NCBI GenBank assembly: GCA_963726195.1
Contig: CAVSBO010000007.1
Location: forward strand, 1 to 64,000
DNA from: Candidatus Thorarchaeota archaeon
GTDB taxonomy: Archaea > Asgardarchaeota > Thorarchaeia > Thorarchaeales > Thorarchaeaceae
Reading direction: 5' to 3'
DNA length: 64,000 nucleotides
Part shown: piece after piece, positions 11,518 through 21,699 of the stretch
How positions within the stretch are numbered: the first letter of the stretch is position 1
Layout of the letters: each line of letters starts with the position of its first letter
The notes under the pieces: generated by a model
Database searches by the model: none
The model's input: the letters and a program-made list of their open reading frames with translations, nothing else
What the model was told of the DNA's origin: nothing
Program-made: the position numbers and the translations under genes

Positions 11518-11964
11518 ATGAATTCTGATGCAAGAATCGAACCTACAGTCAAATCATCGAGGACCTCACAGTCCCGGACAGGGCGCGGTTTCAGTATAGA
11601 TGAGATTAATCAGGTTGGACTGCCCCTCAAGGCCGCAAGAAGCATGGGTCTCATTGTGGACATGCGCAGAGATACTTCGCACGAGGACAACATCGAAGTC
11701 CTCAAGCAATACATGAAGAATGCGGGCAAACGTGCATCGGCTAAGCCTGCCGTGTCAGTACCGAAAGTTGATACTGACGCCGCAATCGCGGAACTGACTA
11801 CGATTCGAGCTGTGAAAAAGGCAGATGCAGTCAAGCTTGTCAAGGCGGGAGTAAAGTCGCTCGCGGAACTTGCATACTGCGATGTCGGCAAGATATCAAG
11901 AAAGACTGGAATTGACGAAGACAGCCTTACTGCAATGGTGAAGGCTGCCCTCAAGAAAGCCTAG
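11518..11964 (+). CDS. rpl13e: ribosomal protein L13e with C-terminal helix-hairpin-helix extension
   Basis: R.GRGFS..E...GL....AR..G..VD.RR....N L13e signature; HhH-like tail; AGGTGA RBS. Confidence 0.85.
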   Translation: MNSDARIEPTVKSSRTSQSRTGRGFSIDEINQVGLPLKAARSMGLIVDMRRDTSHEDNIEVLKQYMKNAGKRASAKPAVSVPKVDTDAAIAELTTIRAVKKADAVKLVKAGVKSLAELAYCDVGKISRKTGIDEDSLTAMVKAALKKA

Positions 11965-11991
11965 AACTATGTCTCGTTCTCCTTTTGGAGT

Positions 11992-13101
11992 ATGAGCACT
12001 TTGGACCCCAGCAAATTGGTAGAGGCGTTGCGCAAGCCGCCGCAGCTTGGGCGTCCGACGATTCTTCCCGACTTCTTTCTGGATCATTTCGTTGTGACCG
12101 GGTCTCTTGACGAGTTCATACAGGGTCTCAGGCGCTTAGCAGAGCAAGGGGGAGGGAATCTAACTGGTACCAGCCACTTGATTCGGCGGGGTGGCAACTC
12201 AGTGAATACAGCCTCAGCTTTGCTGACGCTCGGACTGAACCCATGTCTAATTGTGAAGACTGACGAGCAAGGGGCTTCTTTGCTCAGGAGTCTAGTAAGT
12301 CCTCAGCTTGATCTCAGTCATCTGCACGTTGACGGGCGCCTTTCTGCTACCGTTTCCATTGAAGCTGAGAATCGAGGCAGGAGAGTAGACCTAATGGTTA
12401 GCGACAGCGGGTCTGCTCTTGACTTCTCCTATTCTGATTTGACGGAGTCTGACATTAGGGCGATTCTAGGAAGCCCGCTTATAGCTCTGCTTTGTCTGAA
12501 CCACAACAAGAATGCGCCTCGCCTTGCAGAAGACCTGTTCTCGATGGTGCACTCCAACTCGAAAGCGCTCACCTTCATGGACATGGGCGACCCATCATCA
12601 AATCCTAGTATTGTCGAGCCGCTTGCGAAGAGAGTGGTGTCACAAGGTCTGGTTGACGTCCTTGGAATGAATGAGAATGAGGCCGGATGGTTTGCTCAAG
12701 CATTGACAGGTGACATCGACAGCTGGCGCGACACGCCGTCCAAGCCGGAGAAGTGGCTGTCAGCTGCCGAGCTTGTCTCACACGAAACTGGAGTCCGCAT
12801 AGATTTCCACACCCCTTACTTCACAGCGACCATAGAAGAAGACGTGGTCACCGCGCTGCCTACATTTGATGTGCCTGTAAGGGTCACGTGTGGTGCTGGA
12901 GATGCATGGAATGCGGGAGATATCTTCGGAACTCTCGCTGGGCTAGAAGCCAAGAATCGTTTGCTCCTCTCGAACTCTGTTGCTGCCATGTATGTCTCGT
13001 CTTCTTCAGCGGCCCATCCTACCCGAGAGGCCCTGATTCAGTTCCTGAAGGGGAAGCAGGCACTGTCGAATGTCGGCATTAACCTAATTAGACCTCTCTA
13101 A
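11992..13101 (+). CDS. PfkB-family carbohydrate kinase
   Basis: GGNSVN, MNENEA, GAGDAWNAG. Confidence 0.88.
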   Translation: MSTLDPSKLVEALRKPPQLGRPTILPDFFLDHFVVTGSLDEFIQGLRRLAEQGGGNLTGTSHLIRRGGNSVNTASALLTLGLNPCLIVKTDEQGASLLRSLVSPQLDLSHLHVDGRLSATVSIEAENRGRRVDLMVSDSGSALDFSYSDLTESDIRAILGSPLIALLCLNHNKNAPRLAEDLFSMVHSNSKALTFMDMGDPSSNPSIVEPLAKRVVSQGLVDVLGMNENEAGWFAQALTGDIDSWRDTPSKPEKWLSAAELVSHETGVRIDFHTPYFTATIEEDVVTALPTFDVPVRVTCGAGDAWNAGDIFGTLAGLEAKNRLLLSNSVAAMYVSSSSAAHPTREALIQFLKGKQALSNVGINLIRPL

Positions 13102-13146
13102 CCAACGTGCTGCAGTGTTTGCAGGTCAGAGGAAGGAAGTGCTCTC

Positions 13147-14079
13147 TTGGCGCTTGAACGCATCCTTGGCAAGTTGAAGTACGACGGCACGGTCACGGGG
13201 TTCGCGCTCTTGACCAATGACGGCCAGCCGTTTCTGTCCTTCTCCCTGCCAGAAGACCTGCTTCCTCAGATTCATGGTGCCCTGAAGATTCATGCATCAT
13301 CACTGAAGCTGGTCAATGTGATGACGAAACAAGGGACTCTGATTCTGGCCCGAGTGGATCCCAACTGGATACTGGCTGTGCACTTCTCCGAGGAGTCGCT
13401 GGGCTCTGCTCTTCAAAAGACTAAGGCGGTTGTAGAGATGCTCGGGCAAATCGAGCTACCTCCGCCACCGTCCAACATTGAGACTGAGCTGGCTCCCGCG
13501 GCTTTCGAAGATTCGCCTGAAGACCTCGGGGTCGAAATCGAGCGAATGAAGACTGATTTGGCAGCGAAGGTCACAACGGCTGGTGTAGCTGAGACCCGCC
13601 CCATTGTTGTTAAGCATGGTTGTATTGTTCATCGTGGACCCAGATACATTGATGCTGTAACCCTCGGCTCAGCGCTTAACCAGCTGATCAAACAGAAGTC
13701 AGCCAAGTTCGCGGTCGACGTGCTCTTGCTGGCAGACGAGAAGTCGACGGTCTTCAAGATATCTCAAGCACTCGGGAAGTCTGTCGAACAAGTGATTGAC
13801 GTCGTTACTTGGTGTGTCTCAGAGCGTGTCTTGACAGTCGAATGCCCAGAAGAACAGGAACCTGGCGTCACAACGATAGTAGAGTATCCGCTATTCGAGG
13901 GTGACCTGAAGAAAGCAAAGAAGGAGCATCAGCCCGTTCTGATGTTATGTGATGGCACACGCACTGTTCAGGGCATAGCGACGGAGCTCAACATGCCGTA
14001 TTTCAAGGCGCTGCAAAGCATCGTGCCTTACCGGGGCAAGACCCTGAGATTTGTCGGCAAAGACAAGGCCGCCGAATAA
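13147..14079 (+). CDS. roadblock/LC7-like N-domain + tandem winged-helix protein (paralog A)
   Basis: V.GFALLT.DG roadblock pattern; two L.DG..TV..IA-type wHTH segments; aligns by eye with 16010..17011. Confidence 0.65.
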   Translation: MALERILGKLKYDGTVTGFALLTNDGQPFLSFSLPEDLLPQIHGALKIHASSLKLVNVMTKQGTLILARVDPNWILAVHFSEESLGSALQKTKAVVEMLGQIELPPPPSNIETELAPAAFEDSPEDLGVEIERMKTDLAAKVTTAGVAETRPIVVKHGCIVHRGPRYIDAVTLGSALNQLIKQKSAKFAVDVLLLADEKSTVFKISQALGKSVEQVIDVVTWCVSERVLTVECPEEQEPGVTTIVEYPLFEGDLKKAKKEHQPVLMLCDGTRTVQGIATELNMPYFKALQSIVPYRGKTLRFVGKDKAAE

Positions 14080-14102
14080 CAAACGGAATGGAGGACTAAG
14101 AA

Positions 14103-14609
14103 ATGGGTGTCAAAGGCTCATTGGCTTGGAGTCTGAAGATAGAAAAGGTTTCGAAACCACTGTTTCAGGCAACCTACAGAGAACTCATGAACTACCTGAT
14201 TGAGACGAGCTCGAACGTTGATGAGATAAATCAGAAGCTGAAGGAAATAGGCTTCAAGGTCGGGGAGTATCTGCTCGTGGACTACGCAGAAAGGATAAGA
14301 AAGCATGCGCAGGCTTTTCACGAATTCGCCTCGACTCTTCAGCTGGCCTACAAAGTGAATTCTGGTCAGGAGTTTACCTCAATCTGGATCAGCGACGACA
14401 AACGCACAATCAAGTTCACAGACACGAAGTGCCCAATATGTGAGGGCGTTGAGATAAAGGACCTACCAGGTCTGCAATACTGCAATCTGGTAAGTGGCGT
14501 GTTCCAAGCTGTTCTGACGCTCAGGGGCTTCAACGGTGATTCCTACCAAGAGTCCTGTAGAGCGATCGGAGATGAAGCATGCACGTGGACAATCAGGCTA
14601 CTTGAGTGA
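14103..14609 (+). CDS. Bet3/TRAPP-like V4R-domain protein
   Basis: LFQATY..L...VDEINQKLKEIGFKVG resembles the Bet3 N-terminus; CPIC..YC..SC...GDEAC V4R cysteines. Confidence 0.8.
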   Translation: MGVKGSLAWSLKIEKVSKPLFQATYRELMNYLIETSSNVDEINQKLKEIGFKVGEYLLVDYAERIRKHAQAFHEFASTLQLAYKVNSGQEFTSIWISDDKRTIKFTDTKCPICEGVEIKDLPGLQYCNLVSGVFQAVLTLRGFNGDSYQESCRAIGDEACTWTIRLLE

Positions 14610-14733
14610 CCACGCTGCTTGTCAATTCACACTCTGCTGTCATGATTCGGTACCTTGCCCATAACAGATGGCATATCTTAAAATGGTTTGAGTGCAAGAC
14701 AGGGTATAGCACGCGCCTAGGGGTGAATTCAGA

Positions 14734-15249
14734 ATGGGTCAGTTCATTGGCACGCTTGTGGGTTTGGTCGTCGGCTTTGCCCTCTGTTTTGCCATTCTGA
14801 CACTGGGAACTATAATGCCAGACGCGCTCATTCCCTCCAGCATAGTAGCTGACTTCCTATCTCGCCCTGACCTGGAACTGAGACTGGCGATTGCGGGCAC
14901 TGTAATGTATCCTTCAGCATTTGGGTCGGCAAGCCTTGGCGCAATGCTCAGCATGGGAGCTAAGAATGCAACAGTACTGATGTTCCTAGCTTGGGGAACA
15001 AGTGGGCTCGTTGCAGGTCTTCTCGCGCGCGGGCCGCTGCAGGGCATATTCGCCGGGGTTTTCTCTGTCGTTATTGGCGCTTTTCTAATCTGGTTGCTGG
15101 TATTCTTCATCCAAACTCCAGACTTCGGTGCCATTTTTGGTGCGGCATCCATGTTCATTCTTGAGGCAGTATTCGAGGGCTCAGTCTATCCCCTCATTGG
15201 CGTTGGAGTGGGAGGACTTCTGGGCGGCGCAATCAGCCGAGAACGCTAA
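14734..15249 (+). CDS. Gly-rich integral membrane protein
   Basis: About 4-5 hydrophobic helices with GxxxG motifs. Confidence 0.7.
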   Translation: MGQFIGTLVGLVVGFALCFAILTLGTIMPDALIPSSIVADFLSRPDLELRLAIAGTVMYPSAFGSASLGAMLSMGAKNATVLMFLAWGTSGLVAGLLARGPLQGIFAGVFSVVIGAFLIWLLVFFIQTPDFGAIFGAASMFILEAVFEGSVYPLIGVGVGGLLGGAISRER

Positions 15250-15839
15250 CCTGTTCGACTAGTGCGAGTTGTCTCGTCTGCGCCAAGCACTGCGAGTTGT
15301 CTGCCGCATTCAGAACACAACATGGGCCGCGACTTGAAGACCGCACCGCACTCACAGACCGTTTCAATCTTCTCAGGCGGTTTGGCTTCGCTGCTGAACA
15401 ACCATGCTGCAAGAATGCCGATTGGAATACAACTAACTAGAGAGAGAAGTGCCGTGATCAGGCTGGTCATGAACAGACTGACCAAGTTAATATTCCTGGT
15501 CGGCGAGGACCAAAAGTATGGGTCCGTAATCAGAGCAGAGGCTGTTGCGAACAGTGCTAGAAAAACCCCTACCCAGAGAGCAGTTCTCAGCGCGTTCCAG
15601 TTCGGTCTCGAGAAAGGAGCAATAGCGATGCCGACGATGAGCCATGTAGTGAAATATCGCATGAAGGTGTTCCAAGCTAGCGGATCCGCCAGTGTTGTTT
15701 GAAGCAGGGAGCTGCCGGTGAAAAGAAACCATACAATATCAAAGGGTTTCGGATAGACAGGTTGAGGGGTTTTCTGCAGCCAGACAATAACGAAACAACC
15801 GATTGCTGCTCCAACCAAGCCTCCAAGCAGATTTCTCAT
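15246..15839 (-). CDS. membrane protein with C-terminal Zn ribbon
   Basis: About 4 TM segments, then CECG...CSECG. Confidence 0.7.
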   Translation of the reverse strand: MRNLLGGLVGAAIGCFVIVWLQKTPQPVYPKPFDIVWFLFTGSSLLQTTLADPLAWNTFMRYFTTWLIVGIAIAPFSRPNWNALRTALWVGVFLALFATASALITDPYFWSSPTRNINLVSLFMTSLITALLSLVSCIPIGILAAWLFSSEAKPPEKIETVCECGAVFKSRPMLCSECGRQLAVLGADETTRTSRTG

Positions 15840-16009
15840 TTCAATCGTGCACCGAAACGACTCGTCGCGTGGTCCGTACTACAAGAACACTTAACGCTTT
15901 TCGTCCGTAATCGTAACAATCACCACAATCCTTTTCAGACCAGCATCAAGAAGATGCTTGAAAAGACGTGGGGACAGGCTTGCGCTGAAGAGACTTGAGG
16001 TGTTGAATC

Positions 16010-17011
16010 ATGGCGGGAGACCTTGAACGTGCTCTCTCGAAGCTTAGAACTGACGATCAGGTACTTGGGTATTCGATGGTGACGAAAGCCGGGCGACCGT
16101 TTGTCAGCTTCTCTTTCCCCGGAGATCTATTCCCGCGTGTAAAAGACAGCATCAGACTCTACAAGTCGGACCTTCGGCTCATGACAATCGATACCGACAA
16201 GGGCCTTGTCGTGCTTTCGCCGGTGGATACCAACTGGATCTTGACCGTGCTCTATGTGCCTGAGCTTCAGCTTGGGCTCGCCATAGCCAAGACGAAGAAT
16301 GTCCTGAGGCTGTTGGAGGGAATTGAGTTACCTCCTCCTCCTGAAGAGTTCGAGGATTCCGCTGAGAGTAACCTTGAGGTCCTTCAAAGTATCGCGATGA
16401 AGGCTGCGTCAACAGCTCCTGTCACTACTGAATCTGCAGCGATACCTTCTCGAGCGAAGTCTGCGCTACCTTCTACACTGGTTTCAAAAGCAGCGACAGA
16501 GGCAAAGCCACTCGGCCCAGACGACTACCACGTGCTGCCTACCACGGTCCCGAGAAAGGGTGAGACTAATTCCAATGCTCTCTCTCTTGATTCAGCACTC
16601 AACTCCGAGATGAAGAAGGCATACCGTAACTTTGGATTCGATGTGCTCATGTTGGTCGATGGCAACAGAACAGTCACACAGATTGCTGAGTCAATGTTTC
16701 AACCAAACGAAAGAGTCGCTTCTTTCCTGAAGTGGGCTGCTTCGAAGGGCATCATAACTGTGCCCGAGACCAAGGAGAAGCCCTCTGAAGAGAAACCGAC
16801 TCCGCCGATGGGTCACTTTGTGAAATGCCCTGTTTTCGAGGGAGACCTAAGCAAGGTCAAGAGTGAAGATGTGCAGATACTGTTACTCTGTGATGGCTCA
16901 AGAACAGCTGAGGAAATTGCAGCGTCCACCAACAACCCGCCTGCGAAAGTCATTCAGGTGCTGGCACAGTATCACCGACTCGGCCTGAAAATGATTGGAA
17001 AAACACTCTAG
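16010..17011 (+). CDS. roadblock-like + tandem winged-helix protein (paralog B)
   Basis: Same architecture as 13147..14079; VDGNRTVTQIA and CDGSRTAEEIA. Confidence 0.65.
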   Translation: MAGDLERALSKLRTDDQVLGYSMVTKAGRPFVSFSFPGDLFPRVKDSIRLYKSDLRLMTIDTDKGLVVLSPVDTNWILTVLYVPELQLGLAIAKTKNVLRLLEGIELPPPPEEFEDSAESNLEVLQSIAMKAASTAPVTTESAAIPSRAKSALPSTLVSKAATEAKPLGPDDYHVLPTTVPRKGETNSNALSLDSALNSEMKKAYRNFGFDVLMLVDGNRTVTQIAESMFQPNERVASFLKWAASKGIITVPETKEKPSEEKPTPPMGHFVKCPVFEGDLSKVKSEDVQILLLCDGSRTAEEIAASTNNPPAKVIQVLAQYHRLGLKMIGKTL

Positions 17012-17043
17012 ACATTCTCAGATTGCTTGGAGAGGTTTGACAC

Positions 17044-17517
17044 ATGCCAAAGATAGAGAACCCGCTTCTTCTCAGCCTCTACTCAAAGATGGTCGATCAG
17101 ATTCTATCCGAGACCAACAACATTGACGAAGCAAACCGGCGGCTGAGAGACATCGGACGCGAGATGGGATCGCAGATATACTTGACAACGGACATTGTCG
17201 ACAGAACCAAGGAGACAATCACGACTCGCGAAGATGTGGCAAAGCTCCTGGAGATTATCTTCAAACTGTTCTACGACAAAAAGCCGACATCAGTGGACAT
17301 GGAGACAGCTCGTGGTTCTGTGAGGGTGACAGACGAGTCTTGCGTCTGGTGCCAGGAAGTCCATCTTGAGGGAATGGTAGGCTTTGGTTATTGCGAGGTG
17401 TTCAGCGGCATACTGGAATCAATATTGGCTTTCAAGGGTGTCGAAGCAAAGGTATTCCAACAAATGTGTCGTGCAACAGGCGCTGATAGCTGCGAGTGGA
17501 ATATCCGATTGCTGTGA
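17044..17517 (+). CDS. Bet3/TRAPP-like V4R-domain protein
   Basis: NIDEANRRLRDIGREMG; CVWC..YC..SG..MC..GADSC. Confidence 0.8.
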   Translation: MPKIENPLLLSLYSKMVDQILSETNNIDEANRRLRDIGREMGSQIYLTTDIVDRTKETITTREDVAKLLEIIFKLFYDKKPTSVDMETARGSVRVTDESCVWCQEVHLEGMVGFGYCEVFSGILESILAFKGVEAKVFQQMCRATGADSCEWNIRLL

Positions 17518-17578
17518 GAAAGCCATCACAAAGAACTTAACGCCGGATGCGAAACGGCGTCTGACGAGAGTTACTGTT

Positions 17579-18133
17579 ATGTCCAAGACTCCAGAGATTG
17601 TCCCTTGGTGGCTGGGTAAGCTGAAGGAGCGCGACCTCATGCGGGCCTTGTTTGCGAAGACCTGGTCAAAGATTGGCAGCAGGATTGAGGTCATGTTCCC
17701 AGACAAGGTACGCGACCTCTATTACAGCGCTGGTCGGCTCGCAGGTCTTGAAGCACAACGTGAATACTTCAAACTTGGAAAGCAAAAGCCGCCCGGCGAT
17801 TTTAAGGGCATTGTTGAATTCGTCAAGATGGTACTGTCCACACTTATCGTACCCTTTGGTGATGTCAAGATATCCCGCCTCTACAAGCTGTTCTTGGATG
17901 AGGAAGCAGTGATAGAAATCAAGGACAATCCTTATGCGTCCGGAGTGGCCACACCCGAGCCTTCATGCTACTTCCTGAGAGGATTCATTGAAGCAGTCCT
18001 TGAGTATCTTACTGATTCGAACAGAATAATATACGAGAAACTCGTCGTCGTGGAAGAAACATGTATGGCTTCGGGCGGAGAATCCTGTACTTTCAAAATG
18101 ACTCTCACCTATCCAGCACGTGGTCCAGCATAG
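17579..18133 (+). CDS. V4R-domain protein
   Basis: LYYSAGRLAG, PSCYFLRGFI, EETCMASGGESCTF; ATG 17579. Confidence 0.8.
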   Translation: MSKTPEIVPWWLGKLKERDLMRALFAKTWSKIGSRIEVMFPDKVRDLYYSAGRLAGLEAQREYFKLGKQKPPGDFKGIVEFVKMVLSTLIVPFGDVKISRLYKLFLDEEAVIEIKDNPYASGVATPEPSCYFLRGFIEAVLEYLTDSNRIIYEKLVVVEETCMASGGESCTFKMTLTYPARGPA

Positions 18134-18184
18134 TACATCCTTACCACAAACACATGTCTTAATTGCACTTGATGTGAGCCCGAG

Positions 18185-18956
18185 ATGAGGCAAAGCATGG
18201 ACGTAAGTCAGATTAGAAAGGCAATCGTTCTGCTGCCTCTCTTGCTCTTTTTCTCCGGGATGCTCAGCGTCTATGTGTTTCAACTAGGAGACAAATCTCA
18301 GGTTCCGTCTGTTCAATCCCCCAGCACACTCGCGTCCACTGTCCAAGTAGTCGATGCTATTGCAATAGCTGCGCCGGTAGGTGCTGGAACATCTGTGGTA
18401 CTTGGGACAGGACTCGTCCAATCGCAGAATGCCCAATTTGCGATTGTCCTGGCCGTCGGGACAGTGATTGCAGAGGCCAAAGAACAGGAGCGGACCTCCC
18501 CGCTCCGTGAGCGCATCTTGGACGAGGTCTCTTCAAGTCCCGGCATACACCTAAGAGAGCTTCACAGGAATCTTGGCTGTGCAATGGGCGCCCTGCAATA
18601 CCATGTAAGACAGCTTGAGCAACAGAGATTGGTCACCTCAGTGAAGAGTGGCAACACAAGGCACTTCTTCGCCTCTGAATACTCTCGTGATGAACAAGTC
18701 CTAAGGTTAACGGCATTAATCCGGAATCCGGTGATTCAGCTCCATAGTCATGAAATGCTTGGCCAGCGACCGGACGACACAAGCCGACTTGAGCAGGCTT
18801 TTGTCAATGGACAAGAGTTTGGTGTCATACTACGTTAGTCATCTGATTAGGGCGGATGTGTTGAACACGGTTCGCGTATTCGGTCGCGAAAAGCCGTTAG
18901 TTGTTTCAGATTGGGCGCGATGTGTTCTGTCAACTTCGGGCTCAGTGGTGCAGTAG
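18185..18956 (+). CDS. membrane-anchored double winged-HTH regulator (frameshift ~18740)
   Basis: N-terminal TM; PGIHLRELHR..G.LQYH; second HTH TQADLSR..KSLVSYY in the shifted frame. Confidence 0.75.
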
Positions 18957-18997
18957 CTTACCGACCTCTATGCTTAAGGCCCAATCATCAATAGGGT

Positions 18998-19807
18998 ATG
19001 AACATCACACGAGCGATTCTCTGGGTTCTACAGGGCATTTCGTGTTCGAGAGGTGACTCAACGCCAAAGAAATCAGGGCCTCCCAAGGACTTTTTCAGCG
19101 ACATTGAAGAAGCAACTTCCGACGAGGTTCACTACGCTGTTCGTCTTGTGAACGTGTCCCGTGTCTATGCCATGGATAACACAGAGGTAGTTGCTCTGAA
19201 TGATGTGAGTTTGAATGTGGCCTCTGGCGAGTTCGTGGTTGTTTCTGGGCCATCGGGTTCGGGAAAGACAACTCTTCTTAACATAATTGGTGGCCTTGAT
19301 TATCCATCTAGTGGAAGGGTTCTTCTCATGGACGTACCAATAGGCGATTATGACGAATCCTTCAGGGCGACTTTTAGGCTCACGAGCACTGGCTTTGTCT
19401 TCCAGAGTTACAACCTGATTTCCACTTTCACTGCTATTGAGAACGTGATGTTTCCAATGCAGTTGTCAAGCAAAGATGTGAGAGAGATTCGCAAAGATGC
19501 CACTGCCCTTCTTGATCGCGTCGGGTTGTCAAATCGACTTGGTCACCTGCCTTGGCAGCTCAGCTCGGGAGAGCAGCAGAGGGTAGCCATGGCTCGCGCG
19601 ATGGCAAACGATCCGCCCATAATCATTGCAGATGAGCCCACAGCTAACCTGGATTCTGAAAGTGCAGAGATGATTCGAGGCCTGCTTGTCAGTCTGAACA
19701 GCGCAGGTAAGACGGTTTTTGTGGTAACCCATGATGAGAACATAATCAATCTGGAGGGCGTGCGCCATCTGACCATGGGTAAAGGAGTGCTGTCAGCCAA
19801 TGCGTGA
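18998..19807 (+). CDS. ABC transporter ATP-binding protein (LolD/MacB type)
   Basis: GPSGSGKT, LSSGEQQRV, ADEPTANLD. Confidence 0.92.
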   Translation: MNITRAILWVLQGISCSRGDSTPKKSGPPKDFFSDIEEATSDEVHYAVRLVNVSRVYAMDNTEVVALNDVSLNVASGEFVVVSGPSGSGKTTLLNIIGGLDYPSSGRVLLMDVPIGDYDESFRATFRLTSTGFVFQSYNLISTFTAIENVMFPMQLSSKDVREIRKDATALLDRVGLSNRLGHLPWQLSSGEQQRVAMARAMANDPPIIIADEPTANLDSESAEMIRGLLVSLNSAGKTVFVVTHDENIINLEGVRHLTMGKGVLSANA

Positions 19808-21651
19808 TTTGGACTATGCGTCGACTGATCTGAAACGCCGGCCTTTCAGGTCCACTACTGTTCTTCTGTCGATGACGACGGTCGTTGCGTTCACGAGCTT
19901 TCTGTTCCTTTTCGCGAATACTCTCTTAGATGTCACATCTGCGGTGACATCTGTTGGACTGACCTCGCCACTCGGAGTGCTTTATGATGCGTTCATCTGG
20001 ACAACACTGGTTCTAGTACTGATTCTCGGAGCGGTGGTTGTTTCGAGCACAGTATCGCTAGAGATGGTAAGTCGGAGGAAGGACATAGGCCTCATGAAAT
20101 CCATCGGGACTCTGACGGACACGATTTTTGACCATTTCATGGCGCAGGCCGTGATATTGCTGCTGGCAAGCGTCGTGCTCGGTATAGCATGCGGGACGCT
20201 CATGTACCTAGGAGGCATGATGTGGCTCGCGTACTCCGTCTCGAATCTTCAGTTTACATTCAACTATCCCATTCTGCAGGTAGGGATACTTGCTCTGATT
20301 TACGTATTCGTCGGATATTTCGCCGCGCAGAAACCCATCTACGATGCAGTGCGAGAGTCGCCAATTTCAGCTTTGAGTCCCGATACAGTTGTGAGAGCCG
20401 CGACACCCGGTTTCCTCGACGGTTTCGGTCTTTCTTTTAGGATTGCAGCGCAAGGCCACGGGACGACAAATCAAGGGATCGAGGAGGGTGTTGGTCTCTC
20501 TCTTCCTCAGCATCTGTCTCGCTTCGTTGCTATGGATTGGTGGAGGAGTTGTCCAAAACACAACGGACGCCTATGTGGCTCGAGCGATGGGTAACAACGT
20601 TATCGCTATTGGTCACCCTGTCATGTTGTCCGAATACTACAGCACCTATTCGCTTCAGGGGGCTCCACTTAACGACAGTGTCACTCTTCTGAACGGCTCG
20701 TATATGGTGCCCTCTTCGCTTGTTCACCAAGTTGCCAATGCTCCCGGTGTAGTTCAGGCGGAGTCGAGGTTGGTCGTTTCATCAAATGTTAAGGAGGGCC
20801 CGGCAATAGTGTGGAATCCCACTTTGTCCAGATACGAACGAATCGGCAACGATCGGGTCGCGCGTGCAATTCTGGTCGGCGTGAACTGGTCCCATACGAT
20901 ATCAAACTGGTACTACGAAGGAGACCCTGTGAGCACAGGCGATGAAGTCTGGATTGGAGGCAAGATGGCAACGTCGATGTACGTGGATCCGCTGGTACAG
21001 ACGCTGCAAGTTCAAGGAGCCTCTCTCAGTGTCAGGGGGATTGCGTTTGACGTCCTCAATGGTGGTATGGTCGCCATGATGGACTTGTCCTCGATGCAGT
21101 CTCTTTGGAATGTCTCTGGAGTCAATCTTGTTCTGGTTCAGTTGTATTCCTATGATGAGTCGTATATATCGCAGATACGCGCAATGGCCAGCGCGTACGG
21201 ATTGGATATCTATAGACAGCAAGATGTTCTGTTGGGCAACGAACGCACGATAGGCGGAATCTGGCTACTGATGCAGCCTCTGCCTGTGATGGCCCTTTTC
21301 AGCGCGTTCCTGAATCTCATGTATTTTCTACTTGTTTCCGTTTTTGGAAGATTCCGCGATTACATCATAATGCAGTCTGTTGGTGCTAAACCTTCATTCG
21401 TGGCCAAGACCATGATTGCGGAAGGACTGGGCCTGGGATTGAAAGCAGGACTGCCGGCCGCTCTCTTGGCAACACTATTCAGCATCTACGGTCTCATACC
21501 CGATGCGACCATACCATCACTGCTTTATCTTCCGGAAATGATTGTCCTCATTCTGTTATCATTGATTGGGACAGTCTTGCTTGCGTCCGTACCTGTGTAC
21601 TTCATATTCAAGGGCCAGTCGGGTGTCAGAGTTTCCGAATTCTCATCTTGA
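19800..21651 (+). CDS. FtsX/MacB-type ABC permease (frameshift ~20450)
   Basis: RRKDIGLMKSIG and RFRDYIIMQSVGA FtsX motifs in the two frames. Confidence 0.82.
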
Positions 21652-21699
21652 AGGCAACCTTCATTAGACGAAGCCACCGGCTGACGCGGGGATGCGTAG

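Noticed and set aside
18161-18180. Possible target of the TnpB guide (ATTGCACT shared with 27066-73)
   Set aside because: Only an 8-nt match, expected by chance in 64 kb
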